The position numbers and the translations under genes were made by a program. Below the pieces are notes generated by a model, which was not told where the DNA came from, ran no database searches, and worked only from the letters and a program-made list of their open reading frames with translations. Positions 1 to 9,881 of a stretch of 64,000 nt of DNA are shown piece by piece (position 1 is the first letter of the stretch; every line of letters starts with the position of its first letter). The stretch lies in assembly GCA_963785305.1 (NCBI GenBank), contig CAWAUV010000004.1, positions 32,001-96,000 of the forward strand. The letters are read 5' to 3'. The DNA is from an uncultured Planctomycetaceae bacterium. Lineage in GTDB: Bacteria; Planctomycetota; Planctomycetia; Pirellulales; PALSA-1355.

Positions 1-164
1 CCCGGCAATAGCACGGCAATCAGAAAATAAGCCGCCCCGACACACACGAACGGACGTAGCGGGCTGCCCATATCGCGCGAGCCGGCCTGGAGCACAGGGC
101 CATACACGCCCCAAGACAGAGCGGCCATGGCAATGAACAGAAAAATGGCGATCATGCCACGCAT
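1..164 (-). CDS. Conserved membrane protein, N-terminal part (runs off window edge)
   Basis: Manual translation MRGMIAIFLFIAMAALSWGVYGPVLQAGSRDMGSPLRPFVCVGAAYFLIAVLLP; GGAG RBS upstream; two hydrophobic segments. Confidence 0.7.
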   Translation of the reverse strand, partial: MRGMIAIFLFIAMAALSWGVYGPVLQAGSRDMGSPLRPFVCVGAAYFLIAVLLP

Positions 165-292
165 TTCGAGCACTCCAATGGCGGGATGGGAAACCAGGGG
201 AACAACGTCGAAACCGATGCTTCGTCGAAACAGGCGAGACCGCCCGCACTTGAGGGCGGCGGCGTCTAGCGGCGCGTTAGTGTAACATGCGA

Positions 293-3200
293 TCAATCGT
301 CCCGCAGCGCCGCAATCAGCGGGGCGGCGAGCGTCGCGCGGGCCGCCCCGAGTCCGGCCACGGCGCCGGCGGCCAGCACCACGGCGAGCAGCGATGTCAA
401 TCGCATCCACGGCAACCCGGCGGCGCTCCCGACGAGATGCGGCGCCACCGCCACCGCCGCCGCGAACACTCCGGCCACTAGCCCGCCGGCAAGCAGCGAG
501 AGGTTTTCGAGCATCACGAGCGCCGCCAGCCGGCGACGCCGAAATCCCACGGCCCGCATCAGCGCCAATTCGCCGCGGCGCTCGAACACGCTCCGCAGCT
601 CCACCGCCGCCAAGCCCACCACTCCGAGTAGTAGTCCCAGCCCGCCGAGCGATTGAAAAGTCGCCAGATACGTATTCTGCACCGCCATCAGACTCGCCAG
701 CCGTTTGGCCGAGGGCTCGCAGGTGAAGCCGTAGTCGCCGAGCCGATCCTCGAGCACACGCTCGGTCGCGGCGACGCGCGCGGCAAGTTGTTGCTTGGCG
801 ACGCCGGCGATGGCCTTGGCCGCTCCGTGGCCTTGCCCGCTGGCGCCGCTCGCGGCATTTCCGTTCGCGCCGATCTCGCCCGGCTCGACAAGGAAATAGC
901 GGTACCCCGACGAGTTGGGAAAATGGTCGATGAAGCTCTGCTCGCCCACGAGCACGCTTCCTTGAAACATGCTGTTCTTGAGCAGGCCCACGATTTCGAT
1001 CTTGAGCCGACGCCCATGATCGTCGTCAATCGCGAGCCGGTCGCCAAGGCCCAGATGCAAACTATACATCGCCGTGTTTTCATCGAGCACACCGGGAATA
1101 ATCGACTCGGCGGTGGAGCGATTCGTGGCGGCGCTCCCGTCATCGCTAGCGGGCTTTTCCAGCAGGAGCCAGGGATTTTCTTGCTCGCGCGGTGTCTTGG
1201 CGAGTGTGCTCGACCAAGCGAATCCGCCGCGTTCGACGAGCGACCGGGGTACTCCCAACACCCGCGGCTGGGTCGGCTGATAGAGGTTCAGGCAACTGGC
1301 GTCGTCGCCCCCGCGGAGGCGAAGCCCCAGGATTTTGGCGCCGGCGAGCACTTTCTCATCGTCGGTGGAAAAACCGAGCTGATCGCGCACTTCGCGCGAA
1401 GACAGGTATTGATAGATCGGCTGCGACGATTGGCCGAGAATCGCGAATCCGCCGCTGCCCGAATTTCGCGAGCCCAATTCGCTAGCCGGATCGAGTTCAA
1501 AGGCCCCAATCGCGATGATCAGAAACGACGCCGACGCCACGAGCCCCATCGCCAGCGAGCTACGTGCCGGATGCCGCGCTTCGTTGCGACCGGCGAGCGT
1601 GACCAGTGGAAAGGCGCCGGTCGAGAGAGCGCTTCGCGCCGCGATTCGCTTGAGCCGCGACCAGCGCATCGCGATCCAGGCCGCGAGCACCGCGGCGCCC
1701 GAGGCGAAAAACGCCCCGGCTTGCGCTTCGCCGCCGAGCCCCAAAGCCGCGAATCCGCTGGCCAGCGCCAGCGTTGCGCTGCCGGCGGCGATCCATCGCG
1801 GTCGGGCGCCGGTTTTTGCCGGACCGAGCGAGGCGACCTCGGTTTGTCCGGCGAGCAAGCGTCGAACCGGCATGCGCCGCAAGCGTCGCAGCGAGACATG
1901 CACCGCCACGAGCGACACCAGCACTCCACTCGCGAAGCCGATCAGCAAACTTTCCCCGGACCAATAAAGCCGCAAGAAGGGCGTCGACACCGCGGCGAGC
2001 CACCAAGTGCGAAGCCCCACCAGCATCAGCCATGCGTAGCCGAGCCCGGCCACGGCGCCGAGCGCGGAGCCGATACAGGTGATGACCAAACCCTCGCCGG
2101 CCAGGAGCCAATAAATGCGCCGCGCGGAAAATCCCGCCGCCTCGAGCACGCCGATCTCGCGGGCGCGCCGTTCGATGCCGAGCCCAAAGAGCAGCGCCAC
2201 CAATAGCGCCGCCGCGACAATCAGAAACATGCTGAATCCGAGAAACAGCAGATTGAAGGGCGTCGTGCCGCGCGAGGCCATGAGAGCGAGCTTCCGCACC
2301 GGCAGAAGCGTCACTCCCATGCTTGCCGGATCGAGCCGCGCGGCCAGTTCCGCGCCGAGCGATTCGATGGAGCTCGACTCGACGGGATTTATTTCGATCG
2401 AAGTCACGTCGCCAAAGCGGCTGTTCCACAATCGTTGACCGGTGGCGAGCGAAACAAACGCCTTGGGTGTCGTGCGGTAGCGATCCCAATACTGTTCGTC
2501 GACTTTACGCACTCGGCCCGGTTCAAAGGGGAACGGCGGATCCCAGTCGGCGATCGACTTCTGATCGGTCACGCCGCGCAGTTCGGGCGTCAGCTCGCGA
2601 TCGGCGCCGCGGCCGGTCATCGCCACGATTGCCGCCAGCCGCAGACGCGCCGATGTCTCTTGGGTGTGGCCATGCACGCTTTCGGGCTTGAAATAGTCCA
2701 CGCGAATTTCATCGCCCAGCTTGGCGCCTAATTGTCCGACGGCCCAGTCGTTGAGCGCGATCTCGCCTTCGCCGAGCGGTGGAATCGGTTTCCCCTCGGG
2801 CGAGAGAAAAGGGCCTTGCGGCGGCGTCTCGGCGAAGTCGATCGCCGCGATCGTGGAATAGGGAATCTCGGCCCCGGGCTCCGCCTTGCTTGCCAGAGCG
2901 ATCGTGTTGGCCAAATAGGTCTGCGTGGCGTGAGGCGAGTCGGCGGCAAAGAGCTGCATTGCTTGCCGCACGACCTCGGGTTCGAAAAGCATGCGTTCGC
3001 TCGATAAACGCCAGTAGCCGGCCGCGGTCGCTTGGAGCGCGAGCCCATAATCGGCGAGCGAGAGCGGCGGCGGCGGCGGACCGGGGACGGATTGTGACAA
3101 ACTCGATTGAGACAAGGTCGATTGCGAGGCGGCTTCGCCCGTGGCGGCGATAAACATCGCATTGGCCCGGCCGGGCTGCTCGAGCATATTTTGCAGCAGT

Positions 3201-3883
3201 TCGATCGGCACATAGGCGTTTTGCGGCGCTTGTTCGATCGGGTCGCAAGCCCAATCTCCCCAGCCCCTCGGCCGGCAGCACGGCGCGCACCGTGAGCCGG
3301 CGGCTGAGGGTGAGGTCGAGCTTTCGGCCAAGCGCGCTTTCGGCCGGAATGTCGGCGGGTTTGCCGATTCGCAGGATCACATCGTCGCCCGGTTGCACCC
3401 CAAGCGCCGCGGCGAGGGGTTCGTTGATCGCCACTTGGCCGCTCTTCAACGGCTGATCCACCCCGCCCGGGCCGAGCGACCAGAAGTCGTTGCCCACGCC
3501 AAAGAGTGACACCGATCCGACCCGCGGCGGCAGTCCGGGGGCCGTGGAGTCGGCCGGAGCCCCCCGCTGCTCCGCCGATCGGCTCCGGGCGCTCGAGCGA
3601 TCCTTCGAGCACCAGCGCGGGCACGGCCTCGAGTCGATCGCGCTCGAGCGCGGGGTTCCAGCGGCGGGCCAGATCGGCCTCGACAAAACGGGTGGCGAGG
3701 AGCACGCTTTCGATGCGACCGAGGCGATCAAGCGTCAAATGACGCAGACTGCCCGCGCACCGAATCGCCCACCACCAGCGCGCCGCCGAGCACCGCCGCC
3801 GCCACGGCCACCGCCACGGCCACCGTGGCATGCGAGCGGGCATGAAATCGCAAGCTAGCGAAGATCAGTTTGGCGAGCGACAT
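293..3883 (-). CDS. Large FtsX/MacB-like ABC transporter permease (frameshifts near 3750, 3560, 3240)
   Basis: N-term MSLAKLIFASLRFHARSHATVAVAVAVAAAVLGGALVVGDSVRG; two FtsX-type motifs ([29 protein letters not shown]); many TM segments spread over several frames. Confidence 0.85.
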
Positions 3884-3985
3884 TGAAACCGTGACGAATC
3901 CGGGGAACAGGCGGGGAGCAACTGCTCTTGGAAAGCAATTGCGCGGCGATGCGCGCATTCGCTAGCCGCAAGCCTGACAGCCGAT

Positions 3986-4014
3986 TTGACAGGCGTCAAC
4001 CGGGTATCTAAGAT
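3986..4014 (+). promoter_or_regulatory. Sigma70-type promoter overlapped by a palindromic operator
   Basis: TTGACA(3986-3991)-N17-TAAGAT(4009-4014); TTGAC-aggc-GTCAA palindrome at 3986-3999. Confidence 0.7.
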
Positions 4015-4083
4015 CGGCCCCAGCGAAGTGGGTCGCGACTCACGTCACACGGCCCTGTAATCCAACAACATGGAGGAATTGCG

Positions 4084-4230
4084 ATGCGCGAAGTGAATTG
4101 CTCCCGGCGAGCGCTGCTCAAGACGGGCCTCAAGGCCTTGGCGCTGCTGGTTCCGGCCGCGGCCGGACTTGCCTCGAAGAAAGCCGACGCGGGAATCGTC
4201 ATCGTGCGGCGGCGACGACGCCGATTTTAA
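4084..4230 (+). CDS. 48-aa Tat-signal precursor of a short poly-Arg peptide
   Basis: MREVNCSRRALLKTGLKALALLVPAAAGLASKKADAGIVIVRRRRRRF*; GGAGG RBS at 4072-4076; SRRALLK twin-Arg motif; ADA cleavage site. Confidence 0.7.
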   Translation: MREVNCSRRALLKTGLKALALLVPAAAGLASKKADAGIVIVRRRRRRF

Positions 4231-4283
4231 TCGCGATCGGCGTGGCGCCGTTGAATGGGCGCCAATGAAATCGAGAACGCTTT

Positions 4284-4322
4284 GGGCCGACCCCTTGTTT
4301 GCGGGGGATCGGCCCGTTTCTT
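4284..4322 (+). terminator. Probable intrinsic terminator
   Basis: GGGCCGA-CCCC...GGGG-A-TCGGCCC stem followed by GTTTCTT, between convergent genes. Confidence 0.55.
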
Positions 4323-4422
4323 GCGCAGTGACCTGACGGCATGGACCGAGCGCCGCTAGCAGGCGTCGGGCGCGGCGGCTCGGTCCGAACTCGCGAGCAA
4401 TCGCGATGCATTTCGAGGCGCG

Positions 4423-4719
4423 TTATTTCGCGCTCGGATCGCGAAGCTGATCGAGCGACCGGCCCAACCGCTTGCGTTCGGGCTTCGACGGCGCTCCCGG
4501 CGCCGGCTTCTCGGCCGCGCCGAGGGCCTTGGTCTCGGCCGTCGCGAGCGCCGGCGAGGCGCTCGCGTGTTTGAGCACCGCCATTACATGGGGGCTCACA
4601 TCATTGACATCGCCGGTTGGAGTTCCGAGTTGTTCGACCGCGTCGGAAAATCCCAACAGCACGCTCCGTCGAACGCTTTCCCGAATCCAGTGGAAAACGC
4701 CTTGATTATTGCTGCTCAT
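4423..4719 (-). CDS. Conserved hypothetical protein
   Basis: FHWIRESVRRSVLLGFSDAVEQLG...RKRLGRSL pattern, which I recall from planctomycete small proteins. Confidence 0.7.
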   Translation of the reverse strand: MSSNNQGVFHWIRESVRRSVLLGFSDAVEQLGTPTGDVNDVSPHVMAVLKHASASPALATAETKALGAAEKPAPGAPSKPERKRLGRSLDQLRDPSAK

Positions 4720-4936
4720 GAAGCGCAGTTCCAAGCATTCTAGACAGACGGATAGTAACGAGCCCGCCGGCGACGGCAGGACTCACGGGGCGGCAATACT
4801 ACTCGCGACCGTTGGCCGACAGAAGAGCAGTTTCGCGCTTTGCGCGGTCGTGCGGTCGTGCGGTCGTGGCGCGGTCGCGGCCCGCCGCTGGCATCGCCGG
4901 CGCCGGCGCCAGCGTGTGTTCCGGGAAAGTCCCAAC

Positions 4937-4960
4937 CTGTTGAATATTTCAACAGCCTGC
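4937..4960. repeat. Palindromic CTGTTGAA..TTCAACAG element (MITE-end-like)
   Basis: CTGTTGAA-TAT-TTCAACAG; related to 10838 and 63915. Confidence 0.45.
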
Positions 4961-5141
4961 GCCGCTCCGGGCTCGTTGGCGCGGTTGTGCCGATCGTTAC
5001 GAGCCGCGCGGCAATCACGTGTGGTCGGTCAGCGAGGCCAAGTCGCTGTCGGCGGCCCGGCCAATCGCGACCTAAATTCTCAATAAGCCCTTCAATTTTG
5101 GGCGGCTGTTTTTCGAGCGTGAGCATGAAAAGGTGTTGGCG

Positions 5142-6317
5142 ATGGCGGATTTGCGGCTGCGAGTTTTGAGTTCGCCAAGCGAATTGCGCGCCGCGGCGCC
5201 GGCCTGGGATCGGCTCTGGTTGGCAAGCGATTGTTGCCTGCCGACTTTGCAAGCCGATCTCCTGGCCATCGAAGCCGAGCATTTTCGGCCCGGCAAGCGG
5301 TTTCACTTTCTGGCGGTCGAGGAAGACGGACGGTTCGTGGCCGCGCTGCCGATCATCGACCGCGGCGGGCCGCCGGGTTGGCGCCTCGGCGCGGCGACGG
5401 GCAATCACTGGTCACCCGCTTGCGATCTGCTCGTCGACCGAAGCGTGAATGTCGACGCCGCGCTCGATCAGCTCGCCGTCGGAACCGCCGCCGGGCATTG
5501 GCCACTGATCGATTTGCACGGAACCGACATGGCGCTCGAGCGCTGGCAATCCTGGCGCCGGGCGATCGAGCGGACCGGCGCTCCCGCCATGCTCCGCCAG
5601 CGGCTCCGCGTGGGCACGGTGAAAATCCAGGGCCCTTGGTCCGAATATATCGAGTCGCTCAGCCGCAACCATCGGCGCCAGATGCGGCGCATCGAAAAGA
5701 AATCGGCGCTCCTGGGCGAATTGAACCTCCGCGTCGAACGCGACATCGAGCCGCATCAGATCGCCCCGCTGGTTCGCCGCGGCTTTCAAGTCGAACATTC
5801 GAGTTGGAAACGCGGCAGCGAGAGCTCGGTGCTATCGACCGAAGGCATGCTCGACTTCTACATCGCGCAGGCCAAAGCGCTCGCCGCCCGCGGACAATTG
5901 CAACTCACCTTCTTGGAACTCAATGGCGAGGCGATCGCTTTCGAATATGGCTGGCTCGCCAAAGGCGTCTATTTCGCGGTGAAGGTCGGCTACGATCAGG
6001 CTCGCGCCGAGATCACGCCCGGCCAATTGCTCCGCTGGCTGCTCTTCGAGCGACTGCATCACGAAGGCCGTTGGCACACGATCGACTTCGTGGGCCCGCT
6101 GACTCGCGCCTTATCCAGTTGGGCCAATGATCAATACACGATCAGCCGGCTTGTGGTGGCGCCGCGGCGACTCTCGGGCCGAATGGCGCTGGCGGCCTAT
6201 CGCTTCGCGCGACCGCTGCTCGCTCGAGGTCGGCAATCGCGGGCATCGGCTTCGCCGCCGCGCGAAAACCGCGCCGAGCCGAGTGAATCGAACGAACGGA
6301 CGCTGGCCGACGTCTGA
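5142..6317 (+). CDS. GNAT-family acetyltransferase (CelD/BcsL-like, Acetyltransf_6)
   Basis: WSEYIESLSRNHRRQMRR, LELNGEAIAFEYG, KVGYDQARAEITPGQLL motifs. Confidence 0.85.
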   Translation: MADLRLRVLSSPSELRAAAPAWDRLWLASDCCLPTLQADLLAIEAEHFRPGKRFHFLAVEEDGRFVAALPIIDRGGPPGWRLGAATGNHWSPACDLLVDRSVNVDAALDQLAVGTAAGHWPLIDLHGTDMALERWQSWRRAIERTGAPAMLRQRLRVGTVKIQGPWSEYIESLSRNHRRQMRRIEKKSALLGELNLRVERDIEPHQIAPLVRRGFQVEHSSWKRGSESSVLSTEGMLDFYIAQAKALAARGQLQLTFLELNGEAIAFEYGWLAKGVYFAVKVGYDQARAEITPGQLLRWLLFERLHHEGRWHTIDFVGPLTRALSSWANDQYTISRLVVAPRRLSGRMALAAYRFARPLLARGRQSRASASPPRENRAEPSESNERTLADV

Positions 6318-6481
6318 TGATTCGCAAGCGAACCGTTCTGGAAAATCGCCTCGCTAAATTCGCGGAAAATCGTCGTTCCGCGAGGCTCGCGCCGACATGC
6401 CTTCCCTCGCGCCGAGCCGGCGCTTATGATCGATTCTCGTGATTGGAAACAACATCGGCGGCGAGAGCGCGGAGGGTGAGC

Positions 6482-7249
6482 ATGCAGTTAGCGGGGCGGG
6501 CGGCGATTGTCACGGGCGGTGGAACTGGCGTCGGAAGGGCGACCGTATTGCGGCTCGCGCGGCTGGGCGCCCATGTGCTGGTCAATTATTCCCGCTCGCG
6601 CGAGGAGGCCGAAGCCACCGCGGCCGAAGCGCTCTCGCTCGGCGCAGCGCAGGCCTTTGCCCACGAGGCCGACGTGGCCGACGACGCCGCTTGCCGCGCG
6701 ATGATCGATCGGGCAGTCGAACGCTTCGGCCGACTTGACATGCTGGTGAACAATGCCGCGACGACAAAATTCATCGCCGCCGAATCGCTCGACGAAATGA
6801 CCGATGACCTCTGGCGCCGGATCCTCGATGTGAACCTGGTCGGCGCGTTTCATTGTGCCCGCGCCGCCAAGGCGCCGATGCTGGCCGCCGGCGGTGGACA
6901 TATCGTGAATGTGTCGAGCGTGGCCGCGTTTTCCGGCAAAGGCAGCTCGATCGCCTATGCGGCCTCGAAGGCGGCGCTCAACAATCTCACGATCAGCATG
7001 GCCCGGGTCTTGGCGCCGACGATCCGCGTCAATGCCGTGGCGCCCGGCTTTATCACCGGCCGCTGGCTGGAAGAGGGCTACGGCAAACACTACGCGGCCG
7101 TGAAACGGATGGCCGAAATGCGCAGCCCGTTGGGCAAGGTTTCCGATCCCGACGACGTGGCGGCGGCGATTTTGAGCCTGCTCTCCGGCTCGCCGCTCGT
7201 GACCGGTCAAATTCTGGTTTGCGATGGCGGCATGTTGCTCGGCAAGTGA
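6482..7249 (+). CDS. SDR-family oxidoreductase
   Basis: TGGGTGVG, NNA, YAASK catalytic motif, RVNAVAPG. Confidence 0.95.
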   Translation: MQLAGRAAIVTGGGTGVGRATVLRLARLGAHVLVNYSRSREEAEATAAEALSLGAAQAFAHEADVADDAACRAMIDRAVERFGRLDMLVNNAATTKFIAAESLDEMTDDLWRRILDVNLVGAFHCARAAKAPMLAAGGGHIVNVSSVAAFSGKGSSIAYAASKAALNNLTISMARVLAPTIRVNAVAPGFITGRWLEEGYGKHYAAVKRMAEMRSPLGKVSDPDDVAAAILSLLSGSPLVTGQILVCDGGMLLGK

Positions 7250-7301
7250 CCGCGGGCGCCGCGCAACCGGCGGTAATTCACGTTCTGTCGCGGCCAACCC
7301 G

Positions 7302-8549
7302 TCAATACGATGGTGATCGCGGCGCGCTGTATGCCGGCGGCGCTTGAGCTGCCCGCGCGGGAGGAGAGCCCGGCGGGGAATATGCGCCGGGCGGCGAATA
7401 ATTGGGTGTTGCGTAGCTTGAGCCCGCGCTGGGTGGCGGACCCTGGGCTGGCAAGGCATACGCCGGCGCTCCGGCCGCGGCTTGCGGCGGCGCCAATGTC
7501 GGCTGGGGCGACACTTGATAGGCCGGGTTCGGCTGCCACGCGGCGGGCGGCGCTGTGGGCGAAGCGGTGGGCGCCGCGGGCAAACCACTTGGCGCCGCCG
7601 CGGGAAAAGCTGGCGTTGGTTGCCCCGGAATGCCGCCCCCGGGCATCGCCGGCCCCACATCGGGGCCCGCCAGATCGATATCCTGATAGCCCGGGTACTG
7701 CGGTCGGGTGAAGAGTTGCCGTGGATCGCCGCCCACTTGATTAATCTGTAAGTCCGTAAGGTCGATCGTGAGCGAGAACTTCGTGGCCGGCCATTCGATC
7801 TCGACGCGGCGGGGCATTGTGACGCCCGTGGTCGGGTCGTGCTGATGTTTGCTCAACTTCGAGGTGGCGATTCGCTGATTGCTTGAATTGTAAAGATGCT
7901 GTTCCAGCACGATTCCGCGCAGTTCGTCGAGCACCACGATTCGCTTGAGCGGATCGAGCGACTCGCTCGCCGGCTGCTCGCTGCGAATCTCGATCCGGCC
8001 GCCACCCAGGCTCGAAGGTCCCAAGTGCCGCCAACTGGGGTCGAATGTCACCACGCCCAGCGCTTCGATCAGCCAGTTGGGATCGACCGGAATAATCTGC
8101 CGGGCGCTGCTCGTGGCGTAGCGATCGTCGGCGCAGTAGTAGAGCGCGGGCGGGGCGCCCGGCGGACCCAAAACCAAAACTCCTGGGCATTGCTGCCGAC
8201 ATCGACCTCGGGCCCGGTGAGCGCGGTCTCGCCGCGGAGGCGAAAGTTCTTGTCGCGCTGAAACGCCATGCTTGCCCTCAGGGTCGGGAAGCCGGACACC
8301 GAGATCGAGCCGCGGGTCGTGGAAAAGGCGAGAATACGTTGGCTGTTGCCGTTGACCACTTCGATAATCTGCGCGAGCGTGGGCGAGGCCGGCAGCGCGC
8401 GCGGCAGCGGCTGCGTGTAGCGTTGCACGATTTGCGGACAGCTCGCGCCGCTCGAGCGCCACGGCGAGCGTCGCCGCCGCGAGCAGCCAAACATGGCTGA
8501 TTCGCCGCCGAGCGGGGAGGGGTCGCGGCCCGAGATTCGTGTGCGTCAT
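7302..8549 (-). CDS. Hypothetical lipoprotein, possibly LolA/LolB-like fold (frameshifts near 8460, 8155)
   Basis: Signal peptide with SGASC lipobox-like motif; GPEVDVGSNAQEFWFWV segment; Pro/Ala/Tyr-rich tail. Confidence 0.65.
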   Translation of the reverse strand: MTHTNLGPRPLPARRRISHVWLLAAATLAVALERRELSANRATLHAAAAARAAGLAHARADYRSGQRQQPTYSRLFHDPRLDLGVRLPDPEGKHGVSARQELSPPRRDRAHRARGRCRQQCPGVLVLGPPGAPPALYYCADDRYATSSARQIIPVDPNWLIEALGVVTFDPSWRHLGPSSLGGGRIEIRSEQPASESLDPLKRIVVLDELRGIVLEQHLYNSSNQRIATSKLSKHQHDPTTGVTMPRRVEIEWPATKFSLTIDLTDLQINQVGGDPRQLFTRPQYPGYQDIDLAGPDVGPAMPGGGIPGQPTPAFPAAAPSGLPAAPTASPTAPPAAWQPNPAYQVSPQPTLAPPQAAAGAPAYALPAQGPPPSAGSSYATPNYSPPGAYSPPGSPPARAAQAPPAYSAPRSPSY

Positions 8550-9073
8550 GCGTTGCTCGGCGCCAGGAGTTGCGAAAGCTGTTGTTGAATTTCGCGGGCC
8601 CGCTCGGCGCCGGGAACTTCGGTGACGATGCGATAGGTCTTTTCGTTGCGCGGGCAGAAGAGCACCGAGACCTCACGCCCATCGTCCGATTGCTCGGTGT
8701 CTTCGAGCCTCAAAATGCGGCGTCGGGCAAGCAGCAGCGAAAGCACATAGCAAAAATCGTCGGGCGGTCGCGCCGCGGCGGGCGGCTCGACATTGGCGGG
8801 CTTTTCCGTTTCGCCGGGCGTTTCCGTGTCGAGCAGGGCGAGCAGCACATCGCTCGGGGCCGCCTGCTTCTTGACGTTGGCGCCGGAACACGCGATTTCC
8901 ACCAGCCGAGCGACTCGGGCGGCGGGCCGGTCCAGGCTTCCGCCGCGAAGTCGCGCCGCGCGACGCGACCCTCGTCGACCACGAGCAGCGAATAAATCGC
9001 CTCGCCGGGCGCGAGATCGCGTCCGGTCGCCGCGCAGCGCTGCGTGCAACGATCGACTTCGAAGTCCATCATG
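8546..9073 (-). CDS. Conserved hypothetical protein (frameshift near 8880)
   Basis: MDFEVDRCTQRCAATGRDLAPGE...GWWKSRVP joins YVLSLLLARRRILRL...CPRNEKTY; stop overlaps next start. Confidence 0.7.
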   Translation of the reverse strand, partial: HDGLRSRSLHAALRGDRTRSRARRGDLFAARGRRGSRRAARLRGGSLDRPAARVARLVEIACSGANVKKQAAPSDVLLALLDTETPGETEKPANVEPPAAARPPDDFCYVLSLLLARRRILRLEDTEQSDDGREVSVLFCPRNEKTYRIVTEVPGAERAREIQQQLSQLLAPSNA

Positions 9074-9228
9074 AATCGACATGTCCTGCGAACACGGGAC
9101 GACGCCACGGAAAGAGGGGCGCGAATCCTACCCGAAACCGCGAGTTGGCCTCAACGGCAAGAGCAGGCGCAGGGAGGCCGAACTGACAGCGGCGCCGCGA
9201 TAGCATTCGCCGACGGCGGTTCAAAATG

Positions 9229-9466
9229 TCAAAAGGCGGTGAAGAAGCGGGCATCGGTTCCGCCAGGCCCGATTTTCAATTCAATGCGCTTTCGAGCACC
9301 GCGGACAATGACCCCGATAGGCGGTTCGCTCGTGATTGATATACACGCGGGCATATACATCGCAGCAAGCGAACCGCACTCCCACGAAGCTCCGCGATGT
9401 CGCCGCTTGCCGGGGGCGCGGGCCGACGCCGGAATCGCTCGTCAGATCCAGATTTTCGCCGGCCAC
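9229..9466 (-). CDS. Small Cys-rich (Zn-ribbon-like) protein (frameshift near 9290)
   Basis: FVGVRFACCDVYARVYIN...GHCPRCSK; removing one A gives RIELKIGPGGTDARFFTAF*. Confidence 0.7.
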
Positions 9467-9881
9467 TTGCGCTCCCTTGTCCCGCGACCCGCGAGCTCCG
9501 CGCCGATATCATGGTTCGCCCCGGCCAAAGCGCGGGGGCCGCGAAGAGCGCCGCGGCGGTAGGTTAGCCGGAAACCGGTCGCGGCGAACAGAGCGAAATC
9601 GCCGCGAGCACCGCGCGAACCGGCGCCGCATTCTTCGTCTCCTTGAGCCGCGGAATTGTTCCGCCATTGGTTCGACTTGTCCCGCTAGCGCAAACTCCTT
9701 AGGATGCGGAAACTTCCGAATCGGCGCGGCGAGCCGCCGTTCGGGGGAGGTCGAATTTGGCCGATCGGCGAAATTCGGGCTCGGCAATGGTTGTTTTAGG
9801 CGAGGCGACGCCCGCATTAACAGGGTGTCGTCGGGGCATTGTCGGAAATTTTGTCGCACTAGCAGGCGAGAGCATCGATCC

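Noticed and set aside
9467..9881. c-di-AMP (ydaO) riboswitch upstream of the DAC gene
   Set aside because: Conserved ydaO sequence elements not seen by eye; an Infernal scan would be needed to exclude it
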